From Gekko japonicus (taxonomy: Eukaryota): a stretch of DNA of 64,000 nucleotides. The position numbers were made by a program, and so were the translations under genes. Of this stretch, positions 63,526 through 64,000 are shown in pieces (the stretch's first letter is position 1; every line of letters begins with the position of its first letter). The notes under the pieces were generated by a model. That model searched no databases. It saw only the letters and a list, made by a program, of their open reading frames with translations, and was not told the DNA's origin. The stretch lies in assembly GCF_001447785.1 (NCBI RefSeq), contig NW_015164245.1, positions 5,386 through 69,385 of the forward strand, read 5' to 3'.

Positions 63526-63990
63526 GGGATGGGCACAAACTACAAAAATGCAGTTTGGTTTGTAGTTCGTGGGTGAACCATGAATGAAACCACAAACCCC
63601 ACAAACCCTTTTGGCTCACATACAAACCAAACCAGGTTCATGATGTTTGTGCCCAAAATAGCTGAGCCACGGGGGCAGCCTGCTTCTGTGGCTGAGTTGT
63701 TTAAATGGGCTTTCTTGAGCAGTCAGCCTCAGCCAACCCCAGGTTCAGATTCATTTAAACCTCTGCTTTCTGCTCCCCACCACTTTTCATGGGAAGCATA
63801 AAGCAGTGGTTTAAATAGCTCCCATGGTTTAAACCCCTGCTTTCTGCTCTTTATGAACTGCTACAAATCACCAAAAACAGCATTAACATTCATGAAAGCT
63901 TGTGGCGGTTCTTCAGTTTCGAACATTGTTTCACAAACCACTGGCTTGCTCCATTTTACACTTCATGCGGGGGTTCATATGATTGAAACT
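63526..63990. mobile_element. Non-autonomous DNA element (AGGGATGGGCAC-type terminus)
   Basis: AGGGATGGGCACAAAC start followed by repeated GAACC/GGTTC subterminal motifs; right end not resolved. Confidence 0.5.
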
Positions 63991-64000
63991 TCCAATGGAT

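Overview
Repeat-rich, AT-rich vertebrate DNA from a gapped draft assembly (5 N-gaps). The repeat content (Sauria SINE, BovB, Squam3-like tRNA SINEs, 5S-derived SINEs, AGGGTTGCCA/CAGGGCT MITEs) points to a squamate, most likely a gecko; this is an inference. I recognise no host protein-coding gene, so the window looks intronic or intergenic and most entries in the ORF track are spurious. The only convincing coding remnants belong to transposons: a decayed Ngaro/DIRS tyrosine-recombinase retrotransposon (RNase H, YR and an SGNH-hydrolase ORF), plus L2, L1, BovB, CR1 and Penelope fragments. There are also solo LTRs (several nested), hAT and Harbinger-type non-autonomous elements with intact TIRs and TSDs, and a probable non-autonomous Helitron. 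Notable structure includes more than a dozen near-identical local duplications (some with templated or inverted junctions), a MITE-derived satellite inverted across a gap, an old ~250-bp palindrome, and an inverted Sauria SINE pair. I find no solid evidence for a new biological system; the findings below are ranked leads. Coordinates were read by eye, and element ends without TSDs are approximate.
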